Below the pieces are notes generated by a model. It saw only the letters and a list, made by a program, of their open reading frames with translations. It was not told the DNA's origin and ran no database searches. Below are positions 40,735 to 59,558 of a stretch of DNA of 64,000 nucleotides, in pieces. A program made the position numbers and the translations under genes. Positions within the stretch are counted from its first letter, which is position 1. Every line of letters begins with the position of its first letter. This stretch comes from Eledone cirrhosa (Eukaryota), in the NCBI GenBank assembly GCA_964016885.1, contig OZ024743.1:264306001-264370000 (forward strand), read 5' to 3'.

Positions 40735-42830
40735 ATGCTAATTTTTTTAAGAAGACTCTCATTGAAAATCCTACCAGGGAAGAATACTACTGGAAGCGAA
40801 TGCTTGAGATTTTCATTACAAAAAGCTGAAATATCGGAAGAGGATAAAACCTCAGTAATATGTGTGTTATGTGGCCACAGAGGTTTTGTCTACATTCAAT
40901 ATAGGTATGAATTGTAACCAAGCCATTGCCAAACTAGATAACAAATGCTGTAAGCAATCTACAGTCATAACGATGCATCACAACCTAAGAACGCGAAAGC
41001 AAATAAAATGTGAATCAGTTTACCACTTCATGAATGAACTAAAACATTTAGCAAGAAAATTTCCAGCTGTACTATTGACTGCTGATCATCATCATGATAT
41101 GCTTGTTGGTGATGCCTTCGTTTCTGGACTATTATCCCCATACATAAGGCAAAGACTATTAGACTCAACTGATGAAAGGCTCTTAGCATTTAAAATCTTT
41201 CACGGTTTGGGTATCGCTGAAACACGTGTCCACCACGAAAATCAGCCATCTTCAGTTTCAGTGCAACAATCGCTTTCAGCTACCTGTAACAATACTGGCA
41301 AATGCTTCTTTTTTGGAGGGCGAAGGCTTGATCGCTCAAGCTGTCCAGCATAATATTCAATCTGCCTTAAAAAAGGGCATTGGAAATATAAATGCTTAGC
41401 CAATAACAAATCAAAGTCTAAATAGAAATTGGAGCTTTACAGCCCAGAAATAACAGAGTCCAAGATGGCACTTCAGATTCAGATTTAATACTAGCTCCAG
41501 TCTGTGACTGAGATAAACTACATAAAACAGTAACACATATACATGTACATGCTATTGAGACAATTATGAACATAGAATCTGCTCTCTCATTCATAACTGA
41601 AGACATAGCATTTAAATGTATCCTTAGTATGCAGCCTTACCGAAATAGTATCTGTTTGCCAGACAAATCAAAAGTTCACGTCTCAGGTAAAACACATTGT
41701 CAAATTACTTGTAACAATATACTATATTCAGCAAATTTATATGTGAGTAAATTTCTCGTGGTGCCTTTGATAATAGGCGTGAATATTCTCCGTGCTCAGT
41801 CATCGGTATCTTTTCAACTGGTACTTGAAACTGATGCGTCGTGGGTTACATTGCATCAAGAAGGCAGACCTGTTGTCTTTATATCTAAGAGTGTCTAATT
41901 CAGAACAAAGGCAGTCGGTCGTGGCATGCGCGGCACAGGCTATTGTGGAATGTTATGAGAAATGAAAGCACATACTAAACATGGTGCGATTGTTCATTAT
42001 CATAACTGATCAGAGTTAAGTGGCTTACATTTTTGACAGAAATCCTCGAACAAAAATAAAAGAAAACGATAAAATTGCTCGATGGAAACTAGAACTGTCG
42101 GGATATCGCTTTCTCATATCATACAGACACGGGTCTGTAAATAAGGTTGCTGATGCTCCCTCAAAATGTGCTGTATTTTCTCTTAACTCACAGCACACTT
42201 TGCTAGCTCTGCATGACAGACTGTGCCATCCGGATGACTCATTTCTGTGGATCTAAACATTTACATTTCTGTATACGAGAAATTAAGGATACCATTTCCC
42301 AGTATCAGTTCTTTCTAAGTTGATCACTGTAACGCCTCCATTGGATTTTGTCGGCCCCCTTCCATCTTACATGAATGCGAAATATATATTAGTTATAGTG
42401 GACTAATTTTCTAGATACTCGTTTGCTTATCCATGTTCTGATATGTCCTCAGAGACAGTCATTAAAACACTCAAAGACTTGCTTTGTCTGTTTGGTGTTC
42501 CCTCGGCTATAGATTCCTCTAGAGGAGCACAGATTGAAAGCGAATCTCTCAGATGATTTCTTCTGTTGAATAACATTAACACTCGCACAACTCCCGTATG
42601 ACCTCAAGGAAATTGTCAGTGTGAAATAATTAAATGCGGGGGGGGGGGACGTCTAATAACATTACATATTGCACTCAGGAGTAAATAGTTAGATAAATAC
42701 CACCGAAAAAGCGTGCTACCTATGGCTTTATCTTGTATAAGACGGCATCTTTGCTCGTCAACGAATCAAACACAACATGAACGAAGTTTTAGCTTTCCCA
42801 GTTTCATATCTATTATTATTTAAGCTGTAG
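40735..42830 (+). mobile_element. Decayed Ty3/Gypsy element lacking RT
   Basis: Gag-like (DAFVSGL..PYIRQRLL, CFF..CPA..C..KGHW), protease-like, RNase H (LETDAS..RPVVF.S) and integrase remnants (LHDRLCHP, LDFVGP, SRGAQ); paralogous to 55770-59841. Confidence 0.8.
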
Positions 42831-44344
42831 GATACACTTCTGGAACAAAGTAGGACTGAATTTCAATTATTGGGGAGAGAAAGCACTTACTTAATTCATA
42901 AGCTACAAATAACCACGATATCAAGAAACTTCAAAATCTGTAAAATGTTCTTACGCTATTGGACAACCGACAACGGAAATTTCCTTACTTTACAACATTG
43001 CCGCCCGGAAGATGGCCGGTCAAAAATAAAACTGGAAATTAAGTCAAAGATAAAATATTCATACATACATACATTTATTCATTTACGAATGCACATATGC
43101 ATTCATTTATTTAAGAACTCATACCTACATACTTACACACGTACATACGTACATACAAGCATACATACATACATGCATGCATTTTTATATAATATTGAGA
43201 TCTAGAATTTGTTCATTCGATATAAAACTTTCTTTCACGAAAGTGGTGTGAACCTTTTTAGGGGCTTAGATTTATACATCTGTTTATCAAAGGCATCAAT
43301 GCTAGTTTGAAAACCACAAATAAATAACGGATTGCCTGTTTATTAACAAATACGTTTAAATCTAAATAGTTTCTCTCGGTAACAGAATGTGGATTAGGGA
43401 AAGGAAAAGAATGTTGGTGTGCTCTTACACTGTCATTTTGTAAATAGTCAGTTCTTTCTCTTTTAAATGTTTGGCCGACCTCTTTATCTATGTAAATATC
43501 TATATATACTTATATATATATATGCATACACACGCACATAAACATACTAACACACACACTCATATATATATATATATATATATACATACATAACTACAAC
43601 ATACATATATATATGCATACACATATATATATATATCTTATTCTTCGTCGCCCATTTATTTCTGAGAGATTTGTGGATGCCGACTCCTCAAATACTCCAT
43701 CCAGTGGGTCCTTTCAGAAGCAACCGTCTCCAACCTATCCGGCTGAATCCCCAAGTGAGACTAGTTAAGCTCATGGATGTTATCCAACTATCATAATTTT
43801 CCTACCGGTTGAATGAGAGTCTTCACTAAATAATAGAAAAGGGCACAATTTTCTGGGTCTAGAAATAAACATCAATGTTCGCAAAATTGAAAATAATTCT
43901 ATGCAATACATCAGATAGAAAAAATTACTAGTAAAAGGCAATTTTGAAGGTAAACTGACAAAACATTCACTATCTGAATAAAGTGTGTGTTCATTAATAC
44001 ACAATAGATTATCTATCCATTTAACTCTCTCTCTATACACACACAACCACATATATATCGATACTACATACGTGGGCCTAGAACAGGGCGAAAAGACATA
44101 TACAGATAAGTAAGCTTAATAATGAGGCACAAAGAGTTAGAAAGAAAAACAACAGATCTGCACTTTACTTTTGAATATTCTACTTTGTATAAAAAAGTGT
44201 ATCTCTATGCATATATGATGAGTGCGTATGAGCAGGTGTCTGAGTTTATATATATGTATATATATGTGTGTTTCAAAAAAGGGAAAAGAATGACTTCACT
44301 TGTAGATCTAAACAATTTGATTTAATTGTATAATATTATGATTT

Positions 44345-47492
<3,148 letters not shown>

Positions 47493-48079
47493 TGGTGTGT
47501 GTGTGTGCGTGTGTGTGTATGATGCCTTTTCTATGGGTCGTATGTATCTAACTAAAAGATAATAAATGGAATTTATAAGATAAAACTGCAAATGCTATGC
47601 AGAATTATGAACATTTCTTTTATATTTGCTCGTCTACGTCATAGGGTGCATATATTAAAACAAAAGCAGTGTTATTATGTAGGTCCCTAACTCCGAAAAT
47701 AAACAAATGTGTTTCATTTATCCCACTATGTCCTCTATTTATATAATATTTTTTTAAAGTTATATTTTATGTTTTTTTATCTACTTTTTGAGACTTTTCC
47801 TTTTGTTTTAGTTGTTTGAACATTTTCACTTTTCACTATGCATAATTTGTACTGGTATGCGTCTGTGAGTGTATATTTGTTCAATTGTTACTGAATTTAG
47901 AACGATAACCTCTTGAAATATATTCCTGTTATATAGGTCGATCCCAACATTCGTACAATATAATCCAACTTGGCCTGTCAGCTCACAATATGTGATACTA
48001 CTTCCAATATTATACTGGTGTGGTCATTCACATCCACTGAATCATTATACGGAATCACCAACATTCTTCATTATCAGAT

Positions 48080-48237
48080 TGGCGGTATCGGTAGAGTGTC
48101 AGATACCATACGTTATGGTCCTTTGCGTTCTGGAGTTCAGGTTAGCTTTGCTTTTCATCCTTACGGGGTCGATAAAATGAATCACCAGTAAGACACTGGG
48201 GTATTTGCTGGCCTTCTACCAAAAGTAGAAGCAATTA
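48080..48237 (+). mobile_element. SINE copy (older)
   Basis: tggcggtatcggtagag...tttcatccttacggggtcgataaaat...aaagtagaagcaatta. Confidence 0.8.
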
Positions 48238-49195
48238 TCATAAGTTACAATCACACCACAACCACTATTAACCACAATCCTCATCATTATGTTAACCCAA
48301 AACATAAGTATCAACACCACCATTACTCCTACCATTAACATTGTAATTATCAATATTTGTAATATGTTTCTAACTGCAAATCATTTCATTAAAAGCATTA
48401 TTTTCTCTCGTTTTAAACCACCAGCTCTATATATTATTTTTATAAATATATTAATTTCGGTAACATATCTCTTTCCCTTCTGAATTCAATACACAGCGTC
48501 AAATTTGCCTTTCAACTTATATGGAGCGGGTCTGAGTGTAATGCATATATATTAGTTATATTCTGGGTCTAAAATCTGTTAGAAATTGATATTATTATTG
48601 TTTATAGTTACGGTTATTTACGTTCTGAGTTCAAATATCGTCGAAGTTAGCTTCACCTTTCATACATTCGGGGTTAAGGAAAAAGCACCAGTAATACACT
48701 GGGTAGATTTACTCGACCCCCCTCCCCCCCCAAAAAAAAGATCGTTGGTCTTGTGCTTAAATCAGAAAAAAAATGTTAATATTACTTTTCCTTCCAATAG
48801 TTCACTTCCATGTAGTAGTAGTAGTAGTTGTAGTAGTAGTAGTAGTAGTAGCAGGAGCAGCAGCAGTAGTAGTAGTAGTAGTAGTAGTAGAAGTAGTAGT
48901 AGTAGTAGTAGTAGTAATTTTATATTATCTCCATATAATTTATATTTGAAATATAGTTAAATTTTAGTCAATGTTAATGGTTTGTTTATCTATCTGGCAG
49001 TTGAGGCTGCGACCGAGTTTACTATTTATCCTGACCTATATTAGCAATGGAAGAATACTGTAGTAAAAGATTGTAATGTTTCAAATCAGAAGGATAGGGC
49101 GTATTATGAGTCTCGGATGCTGGTAGGAAAGAGGATAAATTATGAACGGGAGAAAGAGAGTGGGGTGAAAGAATTGATTGCATATATATATGTAT

Positions 49196-49238
<43 letters not shown>

Positions 49239-50630
49239 GGGGGGGGGGGTCTGCCTGTGTTTGGGTATGTGTGTGTATGTGTGTGTGTGTGTATGAGTGC
49301 GTGTGTATCTAAAAGGTAAACGGTAATTACAAAGCAAACGATAGAGCATACTCAAGAAATATATTATTTTAACGCTTGAAATAGCAGGCAAAATGTTTTA
49401 ACGTTTCGGACACTAGTTTCTTATCAGACGATAGAATTAGGAATAAAAGATTATTAGAATATAAACAAACATATAACACACTGATACATCATACATAAAC
49501 AGAACTGCATTGCATAAACAGCTTAGAAGTTTTACATCAGGAACCCGCATTCTCATAGCACGCCCATGATAACTCATGACCGCTTGAATTACGTGAAAAA
49601 TACACCACTAAGATAACCATTCTGGTTGTGAAGATAATGTCGTAAAAGCTTCGAACGGCTTATAAAGATCTTCTAACAAAACAGGAAAAATCCTTGAAAA
49701 AGTCGAGCTGGAGTTGTTTTCAAATAAGTTTGAAAGTAAAGCGGTTGATTAAATAGATAAATATATATGCAAAGGTAGTGTGGGTATATATTTGTTCGCG
49801 TGTTAATAGATCAGCTAATATTTGACTGAATGAGCAATAGTTACATGTGAGGAAATACTAGGTTTATTTTCCTGAAAAAAAATTGGCAGTGACGTATATA
49901 TATATATATGTCAACCGAGCACACGAGTAGAAGGACGTTTTCTTTTTGCCTGTGGCATATCACAAAATTGGATTTTCATCTGAAAGATACCGTTCTCATA
50001 GCAACAACAAATGCATACATTACAACTTGGATTGCATAAGAGAACCGTTAAAATAATTATTATGAATAAACGATTTATGTAACATCAGCATCTTTCTTAA
50101 TTTTATTCTTATATATATATAAGCGCTGAGGAAATAAATTTATAAGATATAGTATACTCAAACACAGTCAGTTTCTATAAAATATTTATAAAAATAGAGA
50201 CGGAGATTTGTTGAAACGGTTAGGTACTCTCACAATTGAGCTAAAGGTTATGTGATAACATTTTGACGTTTAAATTAAGTATCTCAATCAAACAGCTTTT
50301 AAAAAGGTAAATTTACGACGTATGAGAAACTCTAACTTCCGAATCACAGAAGATGTTCAGGGTGTTCAGGTTCAGAAAATAAGTTTTTGAAAAGAAGAAA
50401 TTTCTCAGCACATTTTCTTGATTCTCGACCGCGTGACTAGTGCTGACAAATAGAACTGTTGCGAACAAAACAATACTGAATAGTTTCCTGTATTCCTCAA
50501 TGAAATTTTGCTTTGTTTCAACATTATGATATGAATGGTTCAACAGCGACTTGTGTTTCTGCCTTCATTTACCCACATACAAATTTACCCATTCTGTTCG
50601 ACAACATTAATATATGAATGTTGGCAAATG

Positions 50631-50730
<100 letters not shown>

Positions 50731-51567
50731 CACACACACACGCACACACACACACACACACACATATATGTATATATATTAGTAGTATCACTGACGTATA
50801 AAATGTATTTATACCCCTATAAAATAGTATATATATATATATATATATATATATTGAAAATTATGATTGAATTAGAAGCTTCAACGCCCGTATAGATCGA
50901 CTATGAAAAATAGTATAATTTGGTCATAAAAGTCCCTGAACGGAAAAATGTTGACAGCATCTTTCGTACTACTCAAACTCACATCTGCCGTGTCCAGCAT
51001 AAGGCAGAGGGGAGTTTGAGTCCCACCCACGATCTAGCAACGCTTTACTCTCCAGAAATGTTATGCCCAATTTGTTAGACTATTTTTCATAATGAAAATA
51101 TACGTGCGTTGGAGTTTCTAATTCTACGGTAATCATCAGCAGTACATATAGGCTTTACGTTTCTAAAAGTAGATCATAAGTAAATAAATATATACACACA
51201 TGTGTGTGTGTGTGTGAATGCTTCATCTTTTCAGATAATAGCCGACTCAACATTCCCGCAATCATTCCTGCATGTCTACAGAAGCCCATCTGCAGGAAGA
51301 TGACTTTTCAATCAACCAATATAAGGCAAGACAAAGACACAGATAACACCACATCATAGGACACATCAGCACAGGTTTCTGGAGAAATCTGAAAGCTCTC
51401 GCCTATACATTTCCCGAGTTGACGAAGTAACGGAAGTGAGGGTATTTCGTTGCCGCAAACACGCGTGAAATCCCAGTAGCTGGAACAGTAGGCCCAATAT
51501 CTATATGCTGCCAAGAATTCAGTGTCTAGGCCGGCATCGGCTGAATAAATGACAAAAGAGATATCTT

Positions 51568-51748
51568 TGGCAGCATCGGTAGAGGGTCGGACGACATGCT
51601 TTTCAGCAAAGATTTACGGCCCTTTATGAACTGAATTCAAATCCCGCCGAGGTTAACTTTGCCTTTGATCCTTATGGCGTCGATACAATAAAGTACCAGT
51701 AATACACTGGGTAATTGCTGGCCTTGTGCCAAAAGTAGAAACAATTAT
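51568..51748 (+). mobile_element. SINE copy
   Basis: A box tggcagcatcgg, B box gaattcaaatcc, Nin-like core. Confidence 0.9.
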
Positions 51749-52827
51749 CTGATAACAAACCTTAGATGTAATTATATAAATGGAGGATTTATTCTCGAAG
51801 AATGTCCTACCAACAACACTTGTCACTTCATTCCCAGTATATATAGTACACGCCTGATACCAACCAAGATTTTTCTGAGTTTTCGCACACACTCATATAT
51901 ATATATGTATATGTATATGTATATGTGTGCGCGCGTGTGAGTGAGTGTGTGTCTGTGTGTGTGCGCGCGTGCGTGCGTGTGTGTGTGTGTGTGTATGTGT
52001 GTGTGTATGAAACTGAGAAATATACATCCGAATTTAACACATGACACAACTATCAGTAGATTGAATATGTTTGTTCTCTTCCAAAGCTCCAACTTAGAGA
52101 ATCTGTTACACGTCTATAAGTATACTCATTAGTAAAGGAAATACGTTTATTCTATTATACTATTTGTCTGACTTAATTTGTAGTTATGGATAATTGTATG
52201 CTGACATGCACATAAGTATGTAAAGAAATTACATAATAACGAGTATGATTTAATGTTAATGTTACAAAACCATAGAAATAGAATATGAGACAATTTGACT
52301 GTTGATAATGTTTAATATATTTATTTATATTACAGATCACATATGATTAATGTCATGTTACAGAGGTGGTTTAACATTGACTTTCTCAGAGCTGCTTTCT
52401 CCAAGACAATTTGTAAGACGAGACACTAATCTTTAATGTAATCTATATATAATAATTTTAGTACGTTCTCCATCCTCTAGCTCTAACCGACCCATATTCT
52501 GGCGTCGGCCGATAATTATTTGTTACCTCAATATTAGTGGACATTTTATAAAAGCGACAATCAGGCAACATCACTCACTGTGTATATTTTAGTGATATTC
52601 AACTAAATTTTCTACGTATTGAATTGATCTCAACATTGCACATTAGGTATCACTGGAGAAATGGGCCGTAACATCGCTGCTTCTCAAAACTGAACGAATC
52701 CTTTCTAATAATTTATACATATAATCAATCAAACACACATGCAGATACACACATTAACACAAACGCGAACACACACACAAAACATTATACACACACGCGA
52801 ACGCATGCGCAGAGATGGAGACAAAAA

Positions 52828-52862
<35 letters not shown>

Positions 52863-52956
52863 AATAAAAATGGCGTAAACATTACAATACAATAGGAGGG
52901 AACATGATAATAGTACCACTGATGATGCTGCAGATTTGCAACGAAAGAACTTTGTT

Positions 52957-53049
<93 letters not shown>

Positions 53050-53234
53050 TTATATCTGTATTTTTAACCGTTGGTCAATCAATGATAAACATTGATTGCC
53101 AAATAAATTACCTATGGAGATATAAAATATACAGAAGTGAAAACCAACCAAACAGTGAATGTGTTCTGTTATTATTTCTGGCAATATTATTACAATAATA
53201 TCACCCTCCCCAAGTATAACAATATATATATAAT

Positions 53235-53279
<45 letters not shown>

Positions 53280-53292
53280 ATATCTATCTATC

Positions 53293-53391
<99 letters not shown>

Positions 53392-53933
53392 AAGGCCATG
53401 TCGTAGGTAACTAAAACGGCAAGCCCACCAAGCTTTCCATGCGAGGAGGTGGATTTCGAAAACCCGGAGTGAAAGAAACACTCAGCAGACACTCAGGAAA
53501 ATCAACAGGCCATCCAATAAAGTATTTTTAGTGGGGCAGTGGAGGGAAAGACACCTAGTCTTCATTAAGACATATCTCTAGGAGAAAGTCACTCTGATTT
53601 ATAATTTGTGACTTCTTAGGCATCCAATGATGAAGACCAGTTCTACTTTTTGGGTAAATGCATTCGATGTTCAAAGAATGGCATTGGTTCTGTGAAAAGC
53701 ATTTCCTCCCGTAAACAACTTCAAACACAGGCATCGCTTGATATGGGATATCCTTTGCGCTGCATGGAATGGCTGGCCGTTGGTATGTCTGTAGCCAGAC
53801 TAAAAGGTCAAGTACATGCTGCTTATGCTTAATGTATCAAGCGAAAACATTACTCAAAATCGAGTTGTCGCCGTCGTACACATGTACGCTCGCATTCACG
53901 CACACACACACGCACGCACACACCCACACACAC

Positions 53934-53991
<58 letters not shown>

Positions 53992-54735
53992 CTCACACGC
54001 ACACATACATTGATAGAGTGTAAACATCATGTTTATTATAAATACGGCTTCTACGGAACTAGATGTTTCATTCAAAATAAATAATATGGATGTGTATGCA
54101 TATATATAAATATACATATATATATAAATATATAACTTTGGGGACACCCTGTATATATAATGCGTAGTTTCCAGTAGGTATATCGGTGTAGTGCTAAGCA
54201 GAGTGTAATATAAAGGACGAAGTGTTAAGTGTCCATTAAGTTCATGAGTGTCCCCAAAAATGTTTACACACTTCAACAGCATTCTAATAAATATTGACTG
54301 TACCGGTAGTCAAGCTGTGTCAAACATTTTTGGACATCTGTATATATATATATATATAAGTTTACATATATATATACATATATATACATATACGTGTTTT
54401 GCAACGGGTCACATTGTGGCTCAATGAAAATTTAATAAATTAAATAATCAAATAAATAATCAGAGCTATATATCATAAAACATGTCTATAGAATCACATT
54501 TGGATATATGTATATATACACACATACATATATATATATATATGTATATATACCCAGAAAGAGAGTGAGAAATCAAAATATAATTATTTCCATCGTATTT
54601 CACCATAAATAGTTATAATAATATGTATTGTTTTCAAACTATTGCAAACAAAAAATACATTTCTAAAAGAATTAGTTTTTTTCAATTCATTTTTGTTTAC
54701 ATTTTTAATATATATATATATATATATATGTTTAT

Positions 54736-54778
<43 letters not shown>

Positions 54779-55230
54779 GCCTCATTCTGACGTCACCAGC
54801 CCTGTTTTTCCACATGTCTGTTTTATTTTCATAATCACGCATGATGTTAAACTAGCCTGCTTTTAAATTCCCTTTTTGGCATATTAATCAATGTAAATTT
54901 GGCTATCGTGTTGAGCTCTGCTGCGGATCGGATTCCAACCGTGACCATCTCCACTGAATGTTTTCGTGAAATAGTCTTTTCAAGACTATACAGAGCATTT
55001 GTATTTGTTCCAAATTGAAGGATGAATATTTTAAACTTTATTTTATCATGATTTTTCCCTGGATTTCACTAAATTATGTCGGATAAATCTATATCCTGAT
55101 TCTTTTTGAACTGAGTTTGAATTATTTTTCCCACATCTTACACTAACTATTTTCCCATTTTAACGCTATAGTCACTTATATATTATGGAATACTGTTGGC
55201 TTCTTGCTACAATACTTTCTATACCTTTCA

Positions 55231-55274
<44 letters not shown>

Positions 55275-55769
55275 AAACAAAAATGAATTGAAAAAAACTA
55301 ATTCAACTTAGCAGAATATTTAACACAAAATGTGTTGCACTTGTATAACGCTGCATACAATTGTTCAATACACATATCACGGAAAAAAGAGAACATATAT
55401 AGAACAAAATTTAGAGAAATATTTATGTATGAAAAACTAAATGATTTATAAATAACGATATAAAAAGATAACAAAGCCTAATAAACAAACCAGACGCTGA
55501 CAAATGTCTATATTGCATAAGGAATTTCCAAAATGCAATTTCTATGCATTATTTCTATGTTTCTCAGTCCTTATCATGTACAAAATCAATTGTATTAACA
55601 GAAAGAAACATTTACTGTTTCATCATTTGTTATCGACGTCACCTATATGTGCTTCTCTCATTAGTTATGTTAGCATGTACGATGAGGTCTATTTGTTGCT
55701 GATAAGATCATAACCATGTTTAATTCTAGTTAATTTTTTTTTAATTCCAGCTGTAATCAATATTATAAC

Positions 55770-55940
55770 TGTTGGGCGTTCTAATATTGCAAAACTAAAG
55801 CTCCAATTACAAGCTTTTACTCAATATCTAGAATATAAAAACAGTAATTAGTCTTGAAGAAATATAACAATAATATTTGTAAGAAAAGAAAGATATGCAA
55901 TAAAACAAAGTTATATTGAGGATAGATGAACTTCATAACA
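55770..55940 (-). repeat. 3' LTR
   Basis: Five substitutions counted relative to 59671-59841; preceded in sense by the purine-rich aaaatcggcgaagaa (PPT-like). Confidence 0.95.
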
Positions 55941-55953
55941 TTCTTCGCCGATT

Positions 55954-58900
55954 TTATTGTTCTTCAATATAGCGCTTGGGGGCTACGCGTATACGATTGC
56001 TTCGTCTCACGGGGTCAACAGGAACTTGCGGTAGGATGCTAGTGCTATTTGCCACGGGATTTAAATCAATCACGGTTTCATCTAAGAGTAGATCGTTACT
56101 GTGGTCGATGTTAAGTGGTCTCGGCATATCAGCAGGACTGCTAATCGAACTGTTTTCTTGGATGGATTGATTGTCATTATTTTGACAATTAATTGGGCCA
56201 GGGGAGAGGTCTGCTGTTGAGACTGTACTAGATCTTCCATTTTCATATCTGACAACCGCGAAATTAGCATTCACCATCTGTTCGATAATAATTTATTCAC
56301 TAATGGGTCGTTCTTTGTACGAATAAAGTTTCTAATATAGGCGTCGTTTCCAACTCTAAGCCAATGTGGTAGGGAAAATCCTAAGGAACCCTTTCGATCG
56401 AATCTCAATATGCGGTTATGGGGTGTCTCATTAGTCGCTGTACAGAGAAGTGATCGTTGCAAGGCAAGAACTTTTGGTATGATATCTTCCCACTTAGTTT
56501 CTTTAAGTTTGCGCGAGTTAATTATGCATTGAATTCCTTTCCAGAGGACTCCGTTGTAGCGCTCGTTTTGGCCATTTCCTTGTGGATGGTACGGCGAAGT
56601 GCGCGTATGGGATATACCATTGGACAAGCAGAAATGATCGAATTCTTTGGAGAGAAACTGAGTTCCTCGATCGGAGTGTATGAATGAGGGAGCTCCGAAT
56701 ATTGAGAAGATTTGTTTGAGACAGTTAATGACAGTTTTTGAGGTGATGTCACGCATACCGAAAGCAAAAGGGAATCTGCTGAATTCGTCTACTGCAGTCA
56801 ATAAGTATATGTTTCCTGCTCTTGAAGATTTTGGTTTTGGTCCAACGATATCGATTGACAGATGTTCGAACGGCTTTGTTGACTTTAATGAGTTTAGCAG
56901 ATGGAGGCTTGAAGAATTTCGGCTTGCACTCCAAACATGATACGCAGTTTTTGACGACGTCGCGGATTTCGTCTACGGAAAAGGGCAGGTCATGGAGTCG
57001 GATATAATCGTAAAATCTAGTTACTCCTAGGTGTGCTAGTTGGTCGTGGAGTACTTTTAAATCACAGGGTGGCGATATAGCTGCAGCGATTCTTGAAAGA
57101 CAATCGGCTTGGGTGTTGAGGTAGCCGTGTTTGTAGTCAATGTCAAATTGATGCTCTGATCGCTCTAAACGCCAGCGAGATATTTTATCATTTTTGATTC
57201 GTGATTTATTACTCGAGAAAATGAAGGCTACTGATTTTTGGTCAGTCCGTATAATCGTATGAAAACACTTAACGTATTGCGACCATCTCCGTACAGCTTC
57301 AATAATAGCCATAGCTTCTCGCTCCACAGTCGATTGTCTTTTCTCGGACTGTGTAAGTGTTCTCGACAGGAAGGCCACGGGCCGTTCGTTTTGAGAAAGT
57401 ATAGCTCCGATTGCATCGCCAGACGCATCTGTTTCTATTACCAATGCGAGGCCAGTTTTAAGAGGAATGCTAAGAGCGGCATTAGAGATATCTGCTTTCA
57501 TGGCTTGTATTACATCTGTAGCTACTTTATTCAGCGGGAACGAGTCAGCTTGTAATAGTGGTTGGATTTTCTTCGAGTAATCGGCAATCCACCTAGCATT
57601 ATAGGCTAGGAATCCAAGGAATCGTTTCAGTTGTTGTTTGTTTGTGGGATTGGGTAGTCTAGTAGGGTTTTGATGCGTTCCTTATCGGGTTTCTTTACTC
57701 CGTTTTGAATGTTATAACCTAGTATAGATATACTCGTTTGGCAGATTTTACTCTTATCCGAGTTAAGAGTTAGGTTTTCTGTCTTCACGGCGTTTAAGAA
57801 TGCTTCCACATTTCTATCATGTTCAGCTTTGGTATTTCCCGTGACTATGACGTTGTCAATATAGGCATAGGTTTTTAGTAAGTTATATTTCTCTATAACT
57901 TGATCCATAACTCTCTGAAAAACAGGTACAGCGTTAGTCACGCCGAAAGGTAAGCGGCAGAATTGGTAGAGTTTGTGATTAGCCTGAAATGCCGTTAGAG
58001 GTTTGTCGATTTTTCTTAAAGGTACTTGGTGATACGCTGATTTGAGGTCGAATTCTGAAAAATATTTATCCTGTGCCACTTTGTTAACAACATCCTCAAT
58101 GTCGGGGGATGGATAGGCATCCAATTGTGTATACTTATTAATTGTCTGGGAGTAGTCTACCACGAATCGAGGTTTCTTTCCGTGTACTATGAAGCACTGA
58201 GCTCGCCAAGGTGAAATTGATTCCCCAATGATACCGGCTTCTAGGAGGCGAGTTATTTCGGACTTAATAAAATTGTCGTCTCTCTTGTTAATGAAACGTC
58301 CCTTAGTGGCAATCGGCTTGATATTTGTCTCGGCTAAATCGTGGAAGACAAGAGGCGGATTAACTTCTATTGTCGGAAAAGTACAGCATAGTTGATTTGA
58401 AAATTTCATGGGAGGCCGGGGACCGCCAAGGTGGAGAATAATAGAGTTATGCTGGGTGAGGACATCCATTCCGATATGACGTCTGCGACAAGACTTTTTG
58501 CAGTGATTAGGTTCACAGAGTATTCCTCGCTGTAGATACATATTGGTTTGGATGTAGTACCAGTCGTCATTAATATTTTATTGTCGGCTAGTGTGATTGC
58601 CCGTTTTTCTTGTTTTACGCTCAAGTTTAATTCAGTTGCTATGCTATGACGTATAAACGAATCTGTGGAACCAGGATCGATTAAGGCCTTTAGTGTGGTG
58701 TCTTTTATAGTTATCGGGCAGAGAATAGCTTTAGACTGTTTGCCGGTATTTAATTAACATATAAGTGAGGCTGCTTGCTTACTGCTTTGGCAGTCAGATT
58801 TACAGACTGATTGCCAGTGGCCGATCTTCCCACAAGAATAGCATATGTCTTTTCTAGCTGGGCATTTATTTCTAGGATGCCTAGAAAGTCCACAAAAAAA

Positions 58901-59558
58901 GCATTTAAATTCTCTTTAGGAATTAGCATTTTTCAAGTATTTCAGAAGAGGTTGTTTTGATTTTGTAGCTGCTACGGTAGGTTCTTGAGAGGATGTAGTT
59001 GACAGTGTTGATGAATTCAGAGAGACGTCTAGGTTGAATGATTTAGTAAAATCACTGGATAGTTCTATTGCATTTGCCATTGCTATGCAGTCTTTTAGGT
59101 TTGCTTGAGTATCGTCCAGCTCTAGGAGACGTGCTCGTATAGCGTCTGATTGGACTCCTGCTACTAGTGAATCCAGGATCAACATATCTCTGTGGTCTTT
59201 AGCTGTGATGGCTTTACAGTTACATTTTTACTAAAAGGTTGAGTCTTTTAATAAACTCTCGGACGGTTTCTTCTTGCCTTTGGCGGCATGTTAGGAGTTG
59301 ATGTCTGGCATAGAGTATACGACTGGGGGCCTAGAATTGAGTATCCAGGGTGATTAATGCTTCGTTGAAGTTTTCTGCAGATTCGAGTAAACTAAATAGG
59401 TCGGCCCCAGCTTGTGAACGAAGGTAGGTCAATTTATGGTTGTCCTCTACTATGCCGTTTATGAGTAGGGAATCCACAAAACACTTCCGCCACCATCGCC
59501 ATTGCTCGGATGTGGGGTCATTTGGGAATGTTGGATGTGGAATTTTTAATTGAGCCAT
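55954..59558 (-). pseudogene. gag-pol polyprotein with frameshifts and stops
   Basis: Gag with CFFC/CYSC..GHW..C knuckles, protease LIDPGS, RT DLKSAYHQ/LPFG/YIDN, RNase H ETDAS, integrase HSDRG/NGQNER. Confidence 0.93.

Noticed and set aside
50313-50543. ORF with a hydrophobic, signal-like segment
   Set aside because: Non-ATG start, no recognisable homology and no supporting neighbouring exons.
53390-53720. Possible RTE-type LINE leader fragment after a TA tract
   Set aside because: Resemblance from memory only; no second copy or ORF in the window.
54135-54345. Tc1/mariner-like terminus (tacagggtgtccc on the minus strand)
   Set aside because: No properly oriented partner TIR or transposase was seen.
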